Of a stretch of 64,000 bases of DNA, positions 60,252 to 64,000 are shown in pieces. Below the pieces are notes generated by a model, which ran no database searches, was not told the origin of the DNA, and worked only from the letters and a program-made list of their open reading frames with translations. This stretch comes from Rhodothermales bacterium (GTDB taxonomy: Bacteria; Bacteroidota; Rhodothermia; Rhodothermales; VXPQ01): contig OZ220686.1 in NCBI GenBank assembly GCA_965116435.1, positions 2,036,054-2,100,053 of the forward strand, written 5' to 3'. The position numbers were made by a program, and so were the translations under genes. The first letter of the stretch is position 1, and the number at the start of each line of letters is the position of its first letter.

Positions 60252-60308
60252 TACAAAAACACCTTGAAAATTGGAAGGCGGGCGTCCAATTTTCAAGGTG
60301 TTTTTGTA
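60252..60308. repeat. Perfect 24-bp inverted repeat with 9-nt spacer
   Basis: TACAAAAACACCTTGAAAATTGGA / TCCAATTTTCAAGGTGTTTTTGTA. Confidence 0.92.
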
Positions 60309-60458
60309 GGAGCGGTGCGAGCGGCCCCTGCAAGCGCGGAATCCAGGCGGTCTGTATATCTTTGGAAATCATGGGAAATCGGCGGGCGATTCCTATTTTC
60401 CAGACCGCTTCCAAGCGCAAGCGCCTATATCCTGTATCCTGTCATACGATACGATTCC

Positions 60459-61937
60459 ATGTCCGCCATGCCCGATCTCCCCGAATGTCCCCCGACGGGC
60501 GACCTGGACCCCGAAGCGTTTCGCCGCGCAGGATACGCCGTGACGGACTGGATCGTGGAGTATCTTGCGCATCCGGAACGCTGGTCCGTGCAGCCGGACG
60601 TCGAGCCGGGCGCGCTGCTCGAAAAGTTGCCCCCGGAGGCGCCCGCCCACCCGTCTTCGCAGGAGGACATTCTCGCCGATTTCGAACACACCATCCTGCC
60701 CCATGCGGTGCACTGGAATCACCCCGGTTTCATGGGATACTTCGCCGCCGGGGGGTCTTTCCCGGGCATTCTCGCGGAAACCCTCATCGCCGCGCTGAAC
60801 AACATCGGCTTGTTATGGAGTTCGTCGCCCGCCTTGACCGAGCTGGAGGAAAGAACCTTGCAGTGGCTGGGCCAGCTCCTCGGATTGCCCGCTTCCTGGT
60901 TCGGCATGATTCATGGAACGGCGTCCGCGGCCAGCCTGCACGCCATGATTGCGGCTCGCGAACGGGCGGTCGCCATAGCGGAACAGGCCGGATCGTCGGT
61001 GGACCTGAACCGGCTTGTAATCTATGCATCGGCGCATGCGCATTCGTCCATCGAGAAAACCACGGCGGCGCTGGGCGTCGGGCGCGAAGCCTGCCGCAAG
61101 ATCGAGGTGGACGAACGGTACGCCATGAAGCCCGCCGCGCTCCGGGAAGCCATCGCTTCGGATCGGCGAAACGGTTTCGTCCCCATTGCGGTCGCGGCGA
61201 CGATAGGAACCACGGGGTGCACGGCGGTGGACCCGGTTCCCGCCCTTGCCGAGATCGCCGACGAACACGCGCTCTGGCTGCACATCGATGCGGCCTATGC
61301 GGGCGCCGCCGCCATGCTCCCGGAAATGCGCCATCATTTTGCGGGATGCGAGCGGGCGGACTCGTTCGTGGTTAATCCCCACAAATGGATGTTCGTCCCG
61401 ATGGACCTGACGGCATTCTATACGGCGCACCCGGAATATCTGCGCAAGGCCCTGTCGCTTGTGCCGGAGTACCTGCGGAGCCGCGAATACGACCGGACGG
61501 TCAATTATATGGAATACGCTATCCCGCTGGGGCGCCGGTTTCGGGCTCTGAAACTCTGGTACGTATTGCGCTCGCTGGGCGCCGAGCGCGTGGCCGCCGC
61601 CTTGCGCGAACACATACGCCTGGCCCGATGGCTGGCCGACCAGGTCGATGCTTCTCCGGACTTCGAGCGCATGGCCCCGACGCATTTTTCGCTGGTCTGT
61701 CTGCGGTTTCGGGCGGAAGGGGCCCGCACAGAAGAAACCGACGCCGCCAACGAGCGCCTCCTGCGCGCCGTCAATGCGACCGGCGAGTTTTTCCTGTCCC
61801 ACACCCGGCTTCGCGGGCAGTACGTAATCCGGGTGGCCATAGGGAATCTGCGCACGACCGAGGCGCATGTTCGTCGCCTTTGGGAACGCCTGCAGGAACT
61901 GGCGCCCCGCCATCCGAAGCCTGCGGGCAGACCGTAG
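60459..61937 (+). CDS. Aromatic-L-amino-acid decarboxylase (DDC-like)
   Basis: HWNHPGFMGYF, SSPALTELE, WLHIDAAYAG, NPHKW, IPLGRRFRALKLW. Confidence 0.92.
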   Translation: MSAMPDLPECPPTGDLDPEAFRRAGYAVTDWIVEYLAHPERWSVQPDVEPGALLEKLPPEAPAHPSSQEDILADFEHTILPHAVHWNHPGFMGYFAAGGSFPGILAETLIAALNNIGLLWSSSPALTELEERTLQWLGQLLGLPASWFGMIHGTASAASLHAMIAARERAVAIAEQAGSSVDLNRLVIYASAHAHSSIEKTTAALGVGREACRKIEVDERYAMKPAALREAIASDRRNGFVPIAVAATIGTTGCTAVDPVPALAEIADEHALWLHIDAAYAGAAAMLPEMRHHFAGCERADSFVVNPHKWMFVPMDLTAFYTAHPEYLRKALSLVPEYLRSREYDRTVNYMEYAIPLGRRFRALKLWYVLRSLGAERVAAALREHIRLARWLADQVDASPDFERMAPTHFSLVCLRFRAEGARTEETDAANERLLRAVNATGEFFLSHTRLRGQYVIRVAIGNLRTTEAHVRRLWERLQELAPRHPKPAGRP

Positions 61938-61992
61938 GCTGCCGCCGGATTGCCTCTGCGCAGGACCGGGCCCGCAAGGAGCGACCGGGGAA

Positions 61993-62160
61993 CTATGCAA
62001 TAAATGCATAGAAACAGGCACTTCTATTCATTTTATGCATAGATGGTGGCGCATATTCGTTGTTTTTGGCATGTCCACAGGGCTTGGAGCATGATAGCAT
62101 CAGGTCATTATGCAATTTTTGCATAGAACATGGCATTTCTATTCATTTTATGCATAGATG
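61993..62160. repeat. Two copies of a 53-bp AT-rich palindrome (61993-62045 and 62108-62160)
   Basis: YTATGCAATWWWTGCATAGAA-8 nt-TTCTATTCATTTTATGCATAGATG, twice. Confidence 0.85.
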
Positions 62161-62420
62161 AGATTTTTTCGCTTGCGCGCCGCCGCAGGCCGTCTCGTCC
62201 ATGAATTTCGCTGCCGTCGGGAAAATGCGCCACACAGGGGGCCTGCGCGTTTGCGGGAGGGGAGAGGGGGATTGTCAGGAGAGGCCCGGGCAAATCGGGC
62301 GCGCCCGCGCCCCTTGCGAAAAATTCGGGCTTTTTTGCAGAACCGGAGGGGCCGAATCCTGTATTATGCGCGCATTCGTCGTTCCAATCGACGCCATCCG
62401 TTCACGAAACATCTCCCGCT

Positions 62421-63050
62421 ATGCAGCCCGCTCGTTTTCTGATCCCGATCTTTTTCACCGCCTTTTTGGCCGCCGCATTTCTGCTGAGCGCCGCCATGCC
62501 TGTTGCGCCCGACCGCGCCGAAGTGATCACCTTTCATGCGGACAAGACCCATTCTAACGTCGGGTTCAAGGTGCGCCATCTTGGAATCTCCAACGTGCGC
62601 GGCGCATTCGGCGAGTACGACGCCACCGTACAGTTCGATCCGGAAGACCTGGGTACGCTCTCCGTCGAGGCCACGATTCAGACGAGCAGCATCGATACGG
62701 GCAACGAACGCCGCGACGACCACCTTCGTTCGGACGATTTCTTCAACGCCGAAACCTTCCCGGAACTGCGGTTCGCGAGCAAGGAAGTGCGCAATATCGA
62801 CGGTAGCGAATTCGAACTCGTGGGCGATCTGACCATTCGGGACGTCACGAAGGAGGTCGTGCTGGAGGGCGAATTTCTGGGAATGGGCGCCGGGCGAAAC
62901 GGGCGCAAGGCTGGTTTCGAGGTGCGCGCCCGGATCGACCGCTTCGACTACAACCTGAAATTCGATGCGCTGACGGAAACCGGCGGCCTGGTTGTGGGCA
63001 GCAATGTGGAGATCGTGCTGGACATGGAGCTGGACGAAAAAACAGGCTGA
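62421..63050 (+). CDS. YceI family protein
   Basis: DKTHSNVGFKVRHLG, SIDTGNERRDDHLRSDDFF, GDLTIRDVTK. Confidence 0.94.
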   Translation: MQPARFLIPIFFTAFLAAAFLLSAAMPVAPDRAEVITFHADKTHSNVGFKVRHLGISNVRGAFGEYDATVQFDPEDLGTLSVEATIQTSSIDTGNERRDDHLRSDDFFNAETFPELRFASKEVRNIDGSEFELVGDLTIRDVTKEVVLEGEFLGMGAGRNGRKAGFEVRARIDRFDYNLKFDALTETGGLVVGSNVEIVLDMELDEKTG

Positions 63051-63272
63051 TTCCTCAGGTGATCCGCTGTCGCGTCGGGGACATGAAGGGTGCGAAGCGG
63101 CGGAGGGTCCGGCTGATTCCTCGGGCAATGCGCTTGTCGGGTCGGGGGAATCCCTCGAGTGCCCCCGGCCATTTTGTCGAGAAAAAAGAAAAATCGTGTC
63201 GGGGACTTGCTTTTGTGGGCGCTTTCTGCTAAATAAAAAGCACAGCGCTTTCTTAACCAATCCTTCGAAACG

Positions 63273-63677
63273 ATGCTGAACCTTCTCCATTCGCCTTCTG
63301 TTCGCGGCGCGACCCATGCCGTTGCGCGCATTCTATTCGGCCTTTTGTTCATGCAACACGGCGCCCAGAAACTCTTCGGCGTGCTGGGCGGGGCGGGCGG
63401 CTCCGGCAATGCCGCGGAGCTATTCTCCCTGATGGGCCTTGCCGGCGTAATGGAGTTTTTCGGCGGTTTGCTGGTCGTCGTGGGGCTTTGGACCGCCCCG
63501 GTCGCCGCGCTTCTTGCGCTCCAGATGCTCGTGGCCTATTTCATGGCTCATGCGGGCCAAGGCCTCATGCCGATCGAGAACGGCGGAGAACTCGCACTGC
63601 TGTATATGGCGGCCTTCGCCTTCCTGGCAGTGTCCGGCCCCAGCCCGGCCAGCCTGGACAGGAAGTTGGGGCAATAG
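63273..63677 (+). CDS. DoxX family membrane protein
   Basis: RILFGLLFMQHGAQKLFG, EFFGG, NGGELALLY. Confidence 0.92.
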   Translation: MLNLLHSPSVRGATHAVARILFGLLFMQHGAQKLFGVLGGAGGSGNAAELFSLMGLAGVMEFFGGLLVVVGLWTAPVAALLALQMLVAYFMAHAGQGLMPIENGGELALLYMAAFAFLAVSGPSPASLDRKLGQ

Positions 63678-63728
63678 CGGATTCCACCGTGCGGAACATA
63701 CGCCCGCCGAGGGCAGCGCCTTTCCCCG

Positions 63729-64000
63729 TTACCCTTCAAACGCCACATCCAGCACGGACGCATCGGGGGACGAAGCGCTTCGAACGCCCGTGAACGTTTG
63801 CATGGCGCGATCCGGGTCGCCGATGCGCAGCGTGTAGGAGCCTGCGGCGAACACTCTTGGAGAAAAGGTCGTTCCGGCAATGCGGAGCGTATACACGATC
63901 TCGCCGGACGCCTCGTCGATCACCTGCACGACGGGGTCTTCCATGCCGCGCACCTGTATCTGCGGGAGCCAGGCCGCTGCCTCTCGATCGTAATTGTCTT
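63729..64000 (-). CDS. C-terminal part of a larger protein (5' end outside the window), possibly a PhoD-like phosphatase tail
   Basis: Frame open to the window edge: QDNYDREAAAWLP...PVVQVIDEASGEIVYTLRI. Family recalled from memory only. Confidence 0.5.
   Translation of the reverse strand, partial: DNYDREAAAWLPQIQVRGMEDPVVQVIDEASGEIVYTLRIAGTTFSPRVFAAGSYTLRIGDPDRAMQTFTGVRSASSPDASVLDVAFEG

Overview
High-GC bacterial chromosome segment, most likely from a Rhodothermota/Bacteroidota (FCB) organism. This is inferred from the FCB-type insert in AtpD, the stand-alone atpD-atpC pair, a T9SS C-terminal sorting domain, the miaB-sigma54 activator-lptE cluster and DUF2480. Housekeeping genes are tig, clpP, iscS, recG, type III glutamine synthetase, atpDC, thiL, anmK, miaB, ribD, riboflavin synthase, tonB and three tRNAs. 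They are interleaved with accessory genes: four sulfatases, two PLP aromatic-amino-acid decarboxylases, an octaheme cytochrome/TPR protein, Fic, an ABC exporter and AAA ATPases. Main signals: (1) an AT-rich methyltransferase-Mrr-like fusion broken exactly at a G10 tract (candidate phase-variable switch); (2) a family of 37-bp palindromic units occurring alone and as the two ends of a 186-bp MITE/REPIN-like element with a TCAA duplication, one copy apparently supplying a protein N-terminus; (3) an ABC-ATPase plus TOPRIM-like pair resembling PARIS/AbiL defence; (4) a T9SS-secreted stand-alone Cache-domain protein; (5) an orphan antitoxin broken by an 11-bp duplication, coupled to a frameshifted beta-lactamase-like gene; (6) an IS3 left-end remnant and a minisatellite behind tRNA-Ile2. 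All family calls come from reading motifs by eye; no searches were run.
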